Positions 1 to 7,587 of a stretch of 28,977 bases of DNA are shown in pieces. This DNA comes from Candidatus Fermentibacteraceae bacterium. Lineage in GTDB: Bacteria > Fermentibacterota > Fermentibacteria > Fermentibacterales > JCC-6. A model generated the notes under the pieces. That model did not search any database and had not been told where the DNA came from. It saw only the letters and a list, made by a program, of their open reading frames with translations. Position numbers and translations under genes: made by a program. The stretch is taken from positions 1 through 28,977 of the forward strand of contig JAWLEP010000033.1 of assembly GCA_041686025.1 (NCBI GenBank). The letters run 5' to 3'. Numbering within the stretch: the stretch's first letter is position 1; each line of letters begins with the position of its first letter.

Positions 1-139
1 CCGCCATACGCATGACAGCACCCCCCTGAAAACCGTTGGGCTCCCGAGTACGCCAGGCCCTGTGCTTCCTCCGCTGTCTTACAATATTCATGAGGCGCTT
101 CCGACGTTCTCTCATCGGGCCGCAGCGCCCGCGTAGCAC

Positions 140-946
140 ATGGGGAAGACCTTGAGCAACTACGGCAGCATCCTGAGATCGCTGGCATGGCGGGGGCCTA
201 TCGTCCTTCTTGTCATGACCATCTGCTTCGTACACCTGTTCGGTTCCCCGGCAGGGGCCTCCGTCACTTTGGTTGTGGGGCTCCTGTGTGCGGGATTCCT
301 CATGCATCCCCTGGCGGCGCTGATCGCCGAGCCCGTGCGGGAGGTGTTCTTCCGCGACGGCAGCCGGAAGGACAGGATTCCCGGCTACAGCGTGCCGGAA
401 GCCCTGCGTATGCGGGGGAAGTACGAGGAGGCCATGGAAGAGCTGGAGGACATGGCCATACGTTTTCCGGAGGAGGCCGGGCCCTACGGTATGATGATAG
501 ACATCGCGGCGGGCGACCTCGGTGACCTGAAGAGGGCGACGAGCATCTACTCGCGGGGGATGCGCAGGCTGGAGTCGGAAGGGGCCCGGAAGAGTCTTGC
601 GGCGATGTACGACTTCAGGACCGCCGGCTCGGGGCTGCCCGACTACCAGGCGCCGCGGGCCCTGGAGGCCAGGGGCCGCTACGAGGACGCCATGGAGACG
701 TACCTGAAGATGGCCGAGGAGTATCCGGACGAGCTGAAGCCCCACGTGGAGATGATGCGGATAGCCCTTATGGGCCTGCACGACCGAAACCGCTTCCGCA
801 GAATCTACAGACGGGGTCTGGACTCCCTGCAGAAGCGCACCGACCGGGAGCTGCTGGACAGCGAGTACGGCAGGATCGCCTCCATGGCCGACAGGAAGGG
901 GGGGCGTCCGGGGAACCACGCCGGCTCTGCGGACATTCCGGACTGA
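140..946 (+). CDS. Membrane-anchored protein with two N-terminal TM helices and a duplicated TPR-like helical domain
   Basis: 268 aa ORF; hydrophobic segments at about aa 20-62; two similar helical units with an 86-aa period (PGYSVPEALRMRGKYEEAM... / PDYQAPRALEARGRYEDAM...). Confidence 0.7.
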   Translation: MGKTLSNYGSILRSLAWRGPIVLLVMTICFVHLFGSPAGASVTLVVGLLCAGFLMHPLAALIAEPVREVFFRDGSRKDRIPGYSVPEALRMRGKYEEAMEELEDMAIRFPEEAGPYGMMIDIAAGDLGDLKRATSIYSRGMRRLESEGARKSLAAMYDFRTAGSGLPDYQAPRALEARGRYEDAMETYLKMAEEYPDELKPHVEMMRIALMGLHDRNRFRRIYRRGLDSLQKRTDRELLDSEYGRIASMADRKGGRPGNHAGSADIPD

Positions 947-957
947 CCGTCCGTGCT

Positions 958-987
958 TTGACAGCGGACGGCATTGGGCGGTATTCT
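958..987 (+). promoter_or_regulatory. Putative sigma70 promoter for the sulfatase-like gene
   Basis: TTGACA (958-963), 18-nt spacer, TATTCT (982-987); GAAAGG RBS before ATG 1026. Confidence 0.55.
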
Positions 988-1025
988 CGCCTCCTGCGGG
1001 CAGTTCGAACAGATGAAAGGTTAAG

Positions 1026-2363
1026 ATGGGACGTCCGGCGATACTTGCCCTGGCGGCTGTGATGCTGCTGGCGGCTTCGTGCGGAAACGAATCTGCCCGG
1101 GCGGCAGGGGGCCGACCCAACATCCTGCTTGTTCTGATCGACACCATTCGGGCCGACCACATGGGTTCCTACGGCTACCATCGGGATACCACCCCCCACC
1201 TGGACAGCCTGGCGGAGGCGGGAACACGGTACGCTCGAATGATGAGCGGCAGCCCCTGGACACTGCCTTCCATGACCACCACCTTCACCGGACTCACCGA
1301 GAGACAGCATCGGGCCCGCCTGCGGAACAGGACTTTCTACGGTGTTGACCCTTCCCTGCCCTTCATGCCCCTGCTGCTGAAGGACCAGGGCTACCGGACC
1401 GCGGCATTCTTCAACGTGATCTACATGAGCGAGCACTTCGGATTCCACCGGGGCTTCGACCACTTCGACTGCGAGGGGCTGGTGGAGCTGTGGAACAGCC
1501 GCACCGCCGGCGAGACGGTGGACGCCCTGCTGGCCTGGCTGGACGAGCGGGAGGGCGGCCGGCCCTTCTTCGCCGCCCTGCATCTGTTCGACCCCCACGC
1601 CACCTACGACCCGCCATCTCCATACGACACCATCTGGGCGGATCCGGCCTACGAAGGACCCTTCGACTCCTCCTGGGGAATGCGCAGCGACATGGACGAC
1701 GCCAACTCCGGGGCGGTGGTGGTGGACTCCGCCGGCATCCGCAACCTGACCAACCTCTACGACGGCGAGATCGCCTACACCGACACCCAGCTGGGCCGGC
1801 TGCTGGGCGGGCTGCGCCGGAGGGGGCTGGGCGGGGAGACGCTGGTTATCGTCATGGGCGACCACGGCGAGGAGTTCGCCGACCACGGGAAGTTCGCCCA
1901 CGGCCACACGCTGCACGCCGAGCTGCTGCAGGTGCCCCTGATAATGGCCGGCGCGGGAGTGGAGCCGGGAGTGGTGGACACCAGCCTGGTGGGCAACGTC
2001 GACGTACTGCCCACCGTCATGGCCGCGGCCGGTGCATCGACTCCGGAGGGCTCGCCGGGCAGGGACCTGCTCTCACCCTACGAAGGCCCTCCCCGGACGC
2101 TGTTCGCCAGCGGCCTGGGAGGCTCGAGGCAGGCCTGCGCCAGAAGGCTGGACCGGAAGGTGGTCTGGCACCTTGAGCCGGACAGCGCATACGCCTACGA
2201 CCTGGCGGCCGACCCGACCGAGATGAATCCCCTGCCGCCGGACAGCGGGCTGCTGGCGGAGGCCATGGACTACTGGGCCACGCCCCCGCGGGGCAACCCC
2301 CAGGCGGTGCCCTGGACCAACGCGGTGGAGGACCAGCTCCGGGACCTGGGCTACATCAGATAG
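1026..2363 (+). CDS. Sulfatase-like (alkaline phosphatase superfamily) lipoprotein
   Basis: Lipobox LLAASC; RPNILLVLIDTIRADH, SPWTLPSMTTTFTG, HLFDPHATY, YDGEIAYTD, GDHGEEF, C-terminal LRDLGYI. Confidence 0.9.
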   Translation: MGRPAILALAAVMLLAASCGNESARAAGGRPNILLVLIDTIRADHMGSYGYHRDTTPHLDSLAEAGTRYARMMSGSPWTLPSMTTTFTGLTERQHRARLRNRTFYGVDPSLPFMPLLLKDQGYRTAAFFNVIYMSEHFGFHRGFDHFDCEGLVELWNSRTAGETVDALLAWLDEREGGRPFFAALHLFDPHATYDPPSPYDTIWADPAYEGPFDSSWGMRSDMDDANSGAVVVDSAGIRNLTNLYDGEIAYTDTQLGRLLGGLRRRGLGGETLVIVMGDHGEEFADHGKFAHGHTLHAELLQVPLIMAGAGVEPGVVDTSLVGNVDVLPTVMAAAGASTPEGSPGRDLLSPYEGPPRTLFASGLGGSRQACARRLDRKVVWHLEPDSAYAYDLAADPTEMNPLPPDSGLLAEAMDYWATPPRGNPQAVPWTNAVEDQLRDLGYIR

Positions 2364-3303
2364 CCGAAAAGTCCACCGGGACTGTGGTGCCGGCCTCCAC
2401 CTGCACGAAGCGGTGCCAGACCCCCACCCCGCCTGCGGGCAGCCTTCTGGTGAGCATTACCAGCAGCTCGCCCTCTCCCAGGACAAGGGTGTCCGGGCCT
2501 TCGGCTGCGGGCACGGCCCAGTCCAGGGGCAGCCACCTGCCCCGCACCGGCAGGCTCAGGGAGATGCGGAAGTCCCCTTCCCACTGCGGCGGTACGGTCA
2601 CCAGGGAACCGGTTGAGACATGCTCGGAGGTCAGGGGTATGCCGTGGCTCTCCTCCACCGCCAGCACCAGCCCCTCCATGCCGGGGGGATCCACCGCCTG
2701 CCATTCCCCCTCCATCCACACCTCCGCCCAGCTCCGCTCACCGCCCTCGGGGCCTGCGAACCAGCCCTTCACCACCCGGGCCGGCCAGCCCAGCGACCGC
2801 AGTGAGGCCACCAGAAGCACCTGCAGCTCGGCCCCGGTGCCGGCGCCGGACTCCAGCACCCCGGCGGGAGGCTGCATACCTCCCAGGAACTCCCGGGGGA
2901 TGGTGTCCAGGTTGGCCGCCATCCATCGGGACAGATCTTCGGGGCCTTCGACGCCGCGGTGGGTCCAGAAGGCCGCCAGCCTCTCCCGGTAGGCGGTTAC
3001 CGGCTCCCGGGACACCCGGTACCACAGCAGGCACTCCAGGAAGACGCTGTCGGGCATGGAGCCCCGGTGGGCCAGGGTGCCGAGTATGTGGTCGTCAAGC
3101 GCCTCCGGCGTCATCTCCAGCCGGTCCAGCCGGGGGACCTTCCTCAGCAGGTAGAGGGCGCACTCCAGCGTATCGCCCCCGGCCTCTGCCAGGTAGTCGC
3201 TCCACATCTCCGCGTTTCCCTGGGTCTCCGCCAGCAGGCTGTCGACCTCCGCCTCGGCCCCCGGGGAAAGCGTGACCATGCACGCAAGGATTATCCCCGA
3301 CAT
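2356..3303 (-). CDS. Secreted transglutaminase-like paralog, predicted catalytically inactive
   Basis: Start reassigned to ATG 3303 (TGATG overlap with the upstream stop; MSGIILACMVTLS). Aligns with the neighbour (PDSVFL..L..RVS.EP; LRSLGWPAR; WAEVW) but has GTGAEL for GRCEEM and ERSW for NHAW. Confidence 0.75.
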   Translation of the reverse strand: MSGIILACMVTLSPGAEAEVDSLLAETQGNAEMWSDYLAEAGGDTLECALYLLRKVPRLDRLEMTPEALDDHILGTLAHRGSMPDSVFLECLLWYRVSREPVTAYRERLAAFWTHRGVEGPEDLSRWMAANLDTIPREFLGGMQPPAGVLESGAGTGAELQVLLVASLRSLGWPARVVKGWFAGPEGGERSWAEVWMEGEWQAVDPPGMEGLVLAVEESHGIPLTSEHVSTGSLVTVPPQWEGDFRISLSLPVRGRWLPLDWAVPAAEGPDTLVLGEGELLVMLTRRLPAGGVGVWHRFVQVEAGTTVPVDFSAI

Positions 3304-4280
3304 CACTGCCCCTCCTCCAGGTTCATCAGGCAGTGTTCGGGGAGCTCCTCGGATACCGGTCTGAAGAGCGTAGTGTCCCCGGCGGCCACGGTCACCCGGG
3401 CCGAGCTCACCGGCCATCCCCAGCTCAGCAGGTAGACGCCCCCGCCCAGCTCCACCTGCGTTCGGACGGAGTCCAGGGAGGTGATGGGACGGTAGCTGCC
3501 GTAGTTGACAACCGAGACGGTGACCTCCTCCGGCGGAGTCCCTTCGCAGCGCAGCAGGCCGGTCTCGGCGTAGGAGGCGGTGACGTTGAGCACGGAGACG
3601 TCCCCCCGGAAGGCCATGGCCCCGGGTACGGAGTCGGGGGCGATGGCCACCACCAGGGCCGCGTCCCGCGCCCTCTCCGTGAACCAGGTGGAGTTGAGGG
3701 TCTCCTGCTCGGCGGAGATGTCGGTGTAGCGCCAGCCGCCGGGGGTCCAGACCTCCGGCCAGGCGTGGTTGCTGTCCACGGTGGTCCACCAGGGCGTGTA
3801 GGCCTGCCGGCAGGGGATGCCCACGCTCCTCAGGGCGTCCATGAAGAACACGGTCATCTCCTCGCAGCGGCCTATCCCCGACGACCAGGTCACCAGGGGC
3901 GACTGGTCGCGGAACTGGGTGGGCCGGTAGTCTATGACGCTGTCGGCCCAGGCCGACACCAGCAGAACCGCCTCCTCCATGGACTCCGCGCCGGCGACCA
4001 CCGGCAGCACCGCATCCCGGAACCGCGGCCTCCAGCGCACCAGCGGCTCCTGGCTGACTCTTGCCGGCAGGACGTAGCGGAGGAAGACGGAATCCGGAAT
4101 GGACGGCCCCCAGGGCATGGAGTCCCGGGTCCACAGCGCCAGGCGGACATTCTCCTCCATGATTGCCCGGTGCTCGCCGGCCAGGTCCGAGGCCGGGGAG
4201 TGGGCCTCCAGGTGGGCCAGGCAGGCGTCGTAGTCCAGCGCGCCGCCCACAGAGAGCAGCAGCATGATCAGCACGTGCAT
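3303..4280 (-). CDS. Secreted transglutaminase-like cysteine protease/transamidase
   Basis: GIGRCEEM (Cys), ALRSVGIPCR, NHAWPEVW (His), GWRYTD (likely Asp); hydrophobic N-terminus; GGGAG RBS 5 nt before ATG 4280 (ORF track starts at GTG 4286). Confidence 0.85.
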   Translation of the reverse strand: MHVLIMLLLSVGGALDYDACLAHLEAHSPASDLAGEHRAIMEENVRLALWTRDSMPWGPSIPDSVFLRYVLPARVSQEPLVRWRPRFRDAVLPVVAGAESMEEAVLLVSAWADSVIDYRPTQFRDQSPLVTWSSGIGRCEEMTVFFMDALRSVGIPCRQAYTPWWTTVDSNHAWPEVWTPGGWRYTDISAEQETLNSTWFTERARDAALVVAIAPDSVPGAMAFRGDVSVLNVTASYAETGLLRCEGTPPEEVTVSVVNYGSYRPITSLDSVRTQVELGGGVYLLSWGWPVSSARVTVAAGDTTLFRPVSEELPEHCLMNLEEGQ

Positions 4281-4336
4281 ATGCACTCCCGAAGTCTGTG
4301 CCGATATCCGCTTAGAATAGTCTGCTTAGACAATTA

Positions 4337-6547
4337 CTATCTGATTACGGCGAACTTGCCCAGCACCCGGCCGCCCTCGGCCTCCACGCAGTACACGTAG
4401 AGGCCGGAGACCGCGGCGCGGCCCTCGCTGTTGCGGAGGTTCCAGTACGCGGTCCCGCTGTTGCCCCCGCCGCTGCGGTGCTCCAGTGTGACTACCCTCT
4501 CGCCGCTGAGCGTGTAGATGTGCACGTCGCACATGGCGGGAAGGCCGGTGAAGGCCAGCCGGTCCTGGCCCCCCCTCTCCCACGCCGCCGAGCCCCGGTA
4601 GGGGTTGGGCACCACCGAGACGTTTTCCCTCCAGTCGGAGTCGGCCGCCCACCCCGGAGTCACGGGGACGGGCTCCCCCTGCAGCGTCTGCTTGTAGTTG
4701 GTCATGGGGCTCTCTATTCCGGTCTCGGCGTCCACCGAGCAGAGCACGTAGTAGTAGGGGTACCCCCTGGTCACCGTGCTGTCGGTGTAGCCGCTGGCCC
4801 CGGCGTCGAGGTCGGCTACGGGCTCCCAGTCGCCTATGCCGAACACGGAGCGGTAGATCCGGTAGCCTCCGAACGGCTCGTAGCTCTCGGCGTCGTCGCT
4901 CCAGACCATCTCCACGCAGCCGTCTGCGGCCTCGTAGAAGAAGGTGGGCACCGGGGGCACGTCTGGCACCCCCCAGCCGCCGCCGCGATGGTAGGCGTCC
5001 AGCAGGAGGTCCGCATTGCGCCGCAGCTCCTCCAGCCCCCTGCCCACCACTATTCCGCCTATGACGCGGAGGCTGTCGCCGTCGGCCAGGTCCACCGGCC
5101 CCATGGTCAGCAGGAAGGAGAACTCGAAGGGCTGGTTCCCCAGGGCCAGGGGGTTGTCCTGCACTATGGGGAAGGGGCCCGGGTTCTGGGGCACGAAGGC
5201 GTTGGGGGCGGCGGGATCTCCCACCCAGGAGGCCAGGTAGGCGGGACCGTTGCCCCGGCCGCTGGCGCTGTGGTTGTCGCCCCAGATGTACTGGTACTTC
5301 GTGTCGTCGCCCTCCGCCGGGTAGAGACTGTAGTCCCACCAGGTGTGGGACAGGGGAATGGGGACCCCGAAGACGTCGATGGGCCTCTCGATGGTGCCGT
5401 CGGCCTTCTTGATCCAGCAGTCCAGCAGGCGCCAGCCAACGAAACCGTTGCAGGGCGGATTGTAGACCGGCTCTCCCGAGTCGTCCGGGGAGGATGTGGG
5501 CCGGTCGCCGTCCCACATGTAGCTCATGTTCCGGGGGACAACCGCATAGGTCGTGTCGCCGACGGTATGCACCCAGTACTCCCCGGGCATTCCATCGCTG
5601 AACAGGTCCAGTCCGGTATCTTCGTTGACCGGGTAGAGCGTGTCTCCGCCGGAGGCGCGGAAGAGGACCGTGTAGTGGTCGGAGACGCCGTCGGAGTTCA
5701 CGTCGGCGTCCACGATTCCGTCGGAGCCGAGGTAGTTGTAGTGGTAGTAGATGTTGTCCTCCGGGTCGGTGCATTCGGCCTGGGGGTTCTGCTGGTAGAC
5801 GAAGTCGTCGGCCTCGCTGGCCTTTGAGCCGTCGTCGAGCCGGTACTCGAAGGTGGCCTCCGGGTCGTTGCACCAGATGGCGTGGCCGTCGTAGAAGACC
5901 AGATCGTCCATGAAGTAGTCGTCCGACGGGTCCGATGTGGCGATATTGCAGTCGGCGAACACCGAGAAGCAGAAGGCGTCCAGGGGGACGCCGGGGTTTC
6001 CGTGATCGCTGTCGTGGGTGATGCTGAAATCCGAGACCAGGAAGGTGTCGTAGCCCGGAGTGCCCCAGCTGTAGCTCCTGGTGTAGATCTGAACGCCCAT
6101 GGGATCCTCGTTGGCCGCCTCGTACCAGTCGTCGGCGCACCAGTAGGTCTCCTCCAGGGCCGTCTCGCCGGGGCTTACCTTGAGAAGCGGCCAGCCCTCG
6201 CTGGGCCAGAGCTCGAAGGAATGGCTCTGCGCCCAGGGCCAATGGATGCAGCTCACGTACGGAGCCTCCACCGCATCCGGGGTGACGGCGCCGTATGCGG
6301 ACACCCATGGTGCCAGGTACCACAGGTAGCTGGCGCCGTTCTCCCGGGGCCAGGACATGGCCGTGTCGGCCCAGCCGTAGAGGCAGTTCATTACGTAGGA
6401 GTAGAAGTTCCCCTGGGAATGGTAGGCGCCGGCAAGGGGAGGCCGGGCGTCGGAACCCTGGGGAACGGGCTGAGGAAGCGCCTCCCGGCCCCGCGGCTGC
6501 GGCGGCAGGGCAAGGAGCAGGACCGTAAGAAGCAGATGAGCCGTCAT
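4337..6547 (-). CDS. Secreted acidic protein with fibronectin type III domain and T9SS-like C-terminal domain
   Basis: Start ATG 6547 (ATGA overlap; MTAHLLLTVLLLALPP). FN3 motif (GYRIYRS...YTDSTVTRGYPYYYVLCSVD); CTD VVPNPYR...FTGLP...IYTLSGERV...WNLRN...SGLYVY...KFAVIR. Confidence 0.8.
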   Translation of the reverse strand: MTAHLLLTVLLLALPPQPRGREALPQPVPQGSDARPPLAGAYHSQGNFYSYVMNCLYGWADTAMSWPRENGASYLWYLAPWVSAYGAVTPDAVEAPYVSCIHWPWAQSHSFELWPSEGWPLLKVSPGETALEETYWCADDWYEAANEDPMGVQIYTRSYSWGTPGYDTFLVSDFSITHDSDHGNPGVPLDAFCFSVFADCNIATSDPSDDYFMDDLVFYDGHAIWCNDPEATFEYRLDDGSKASEADDFVYQQNPQAECTDPEDNIYYHYNYLGSDGIVDADVNSDGVSDHYTVLFRASGGDTLYPVNEDTGLDLFSDGMPGEYWVHTVGDTTYAVVPRNMSYMWDGDRPTSSPDDSGEPVYNPPCNGFVGWRLLDCWIKKADGTIERPIDVFGVPIPLSHTWWDYSLYPAEGDDTKYQYIWGDNHSASGRGNGPAYLASWVGDPAAPNAFVPQNPGPFPIVQDNPLALGNQPFEFSFLLTMGPVDLADGDSLRVIGGIVVGRGLEELRRNADLLLDAYHRGGGWGVPDVPPVPTFFYEAADGCVEMVWSDDAESYEPFGGYRIYRSVFGIGDWEPVADLDAGASGYTDSTVTRGYPYYYVLCSVDAETGIESPMTNYKQTLQGEPVPVTPGWAADSDWRENVSVVPNPYRGSAAWERGGQDRLAFTGLPAMCDVHIYTLSGERVVTLEHRSGGGNSGTAYWNLRNSEGRAAVSGLYVYCVEAEGGRVLGKFAVIR

Positions 6548-7587
6548 CCCTGCCCCTGCATCGTGCTGATCAGCTCCATCAGGGCGAACAGGAAGCCCTC
6601 GGAATCGGGGTCCAGGCCGTGGCCGTAGCCCGCCTCCCGGCAGAGGAACCATGCGTAGATGAAGCTCTCCCGCCCGAAGGCGCACGAGGCCGCTCCCGCG
6701 GCCACCTGGGCGGCGCTCAGAGACAGCGCGGAGGACCGGTCGGGGTCATCCCCGCCGAATGAGTATGCCGGATCCAGTTCCATGAGGCCCTGCGCGCAGG
6801 CGGCTGCCAGCAGGGGGTCGCCCTCATCATCCCGAAGGTCCTCGAAGACGGTGCGGACGGCCAGGGCGTCCAGCGTTATCTGCCCCGCAGCCCCGCCGGC
6901 ATCGAAGGTTGCGTAGTCGTAGCGAACGTACTGCCCCACGGATACCCAGCCCAGAGACGACCCCAGGTACTCCGCGGTGAAGTAGACGCTGTCGCCCCTG
7001 GCGCTGTCGCAGGTGAAGGGAGACCAGGCCTGGGTGTTGAAAACCTCCAGGCAGGCGATGGGGTCTTCTCCGGCGGGAGAGAAGCGGAAGCCCAGGTCCG
7101 TATCGAAGCCGGCGGAATCCAGGTAGGCGTATATGCGGCCGTTGACCCACTGGTAGCCGGAGTCGGCCGTCATGGCCAGCCAGGCCTGCAGCGAGTCGGG
7201 GGGCAGGTGGGGGTCTATGCACCGGAACACCGTCCACATGGTGTCCTGGACCTGGTACTCGGACCGGTGGAGGCGGACGGCGGAATGGCCCAGGTCCCGC
7301 CCGACGGCCATCAGGAGGTAGCCGTCGGCCTCCTCCCACCTCTCCTCCAGCCAGCCGCAGGCGGTTCCGGCCCCCAGGTAGGCCTCGGCCCGGGTGACGT
7401 CGGTCTCTATGGCGCTCCTGAACAGGTCGAAGGCCTCCTGCGGGCTGCCTTCCGCCAGCGCCTGCCAGCCCAGGGAAAGGTAGCCCTCGTATCCCTCCGG
7501 GTCCGGCATGCCGGCCGGATTGTCCCCGCAGCCCATGAAGAGAAGGAGGGCTATGCACATCCCCGGGAAAGCTCTGCCGCTACTCAA
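6544..7587 (-). CDS. TPR-containing lipoprotein
   Basis: Lipobox LLFMGC followed by a TPR-like segment (GWQALAEG...EAFDLFRSAIETDVTRAEAYLGAG). Start is TTG 7587 or ATG 7560. Confidence 0.7.
   Translation of the reverse strand: MSSGRAFPGMCIALLLFMGCGDNPAGMPDPEGYEGYLSLGWQALAEGSPQEAFDLFRSAIETDVTRAEAYLGAGTACGWLEERWEEADGYLLMAVGRDLGHSAVRLHRSEYQVQDTMWTVFRCIDPHLPPDSLQAWLAMTADSGYQWVNGRIYAYLDSAGFDTDLGFRFSPAGEDPIACLEVFNTQAWSPFTCDSARGDSVYFTAEYLGSSLGWVSVGQYVRYDYATFDAGGAAGQITLDALAVRTVFEDLRDDEGDPLLAAACAQGLMELDPAYSFGGDDPDRSSALSLSAAQVAAGAASCAFGRESFIYAWFLCREAGYGHGLDPDSEGFLFALMELISTMQGQG

Noticed and set aside
3304..4134. N-terminal half of the 592-aa ORF 2356..4134 (possible frameshift fusion)
   Set aside because: Arg/Gly/Pro-rich off-frame shadow of the transglutaminase gene; the real protein starts at ATG 3303 with its own hydrophobic leader; no slippery site seen.
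4326..6323. 665-aa alternative-frame ORF
   Set aside because: Low-complexity Arg/Pro/Gly translation overlapping a well-supported gene; expected from high GC3.
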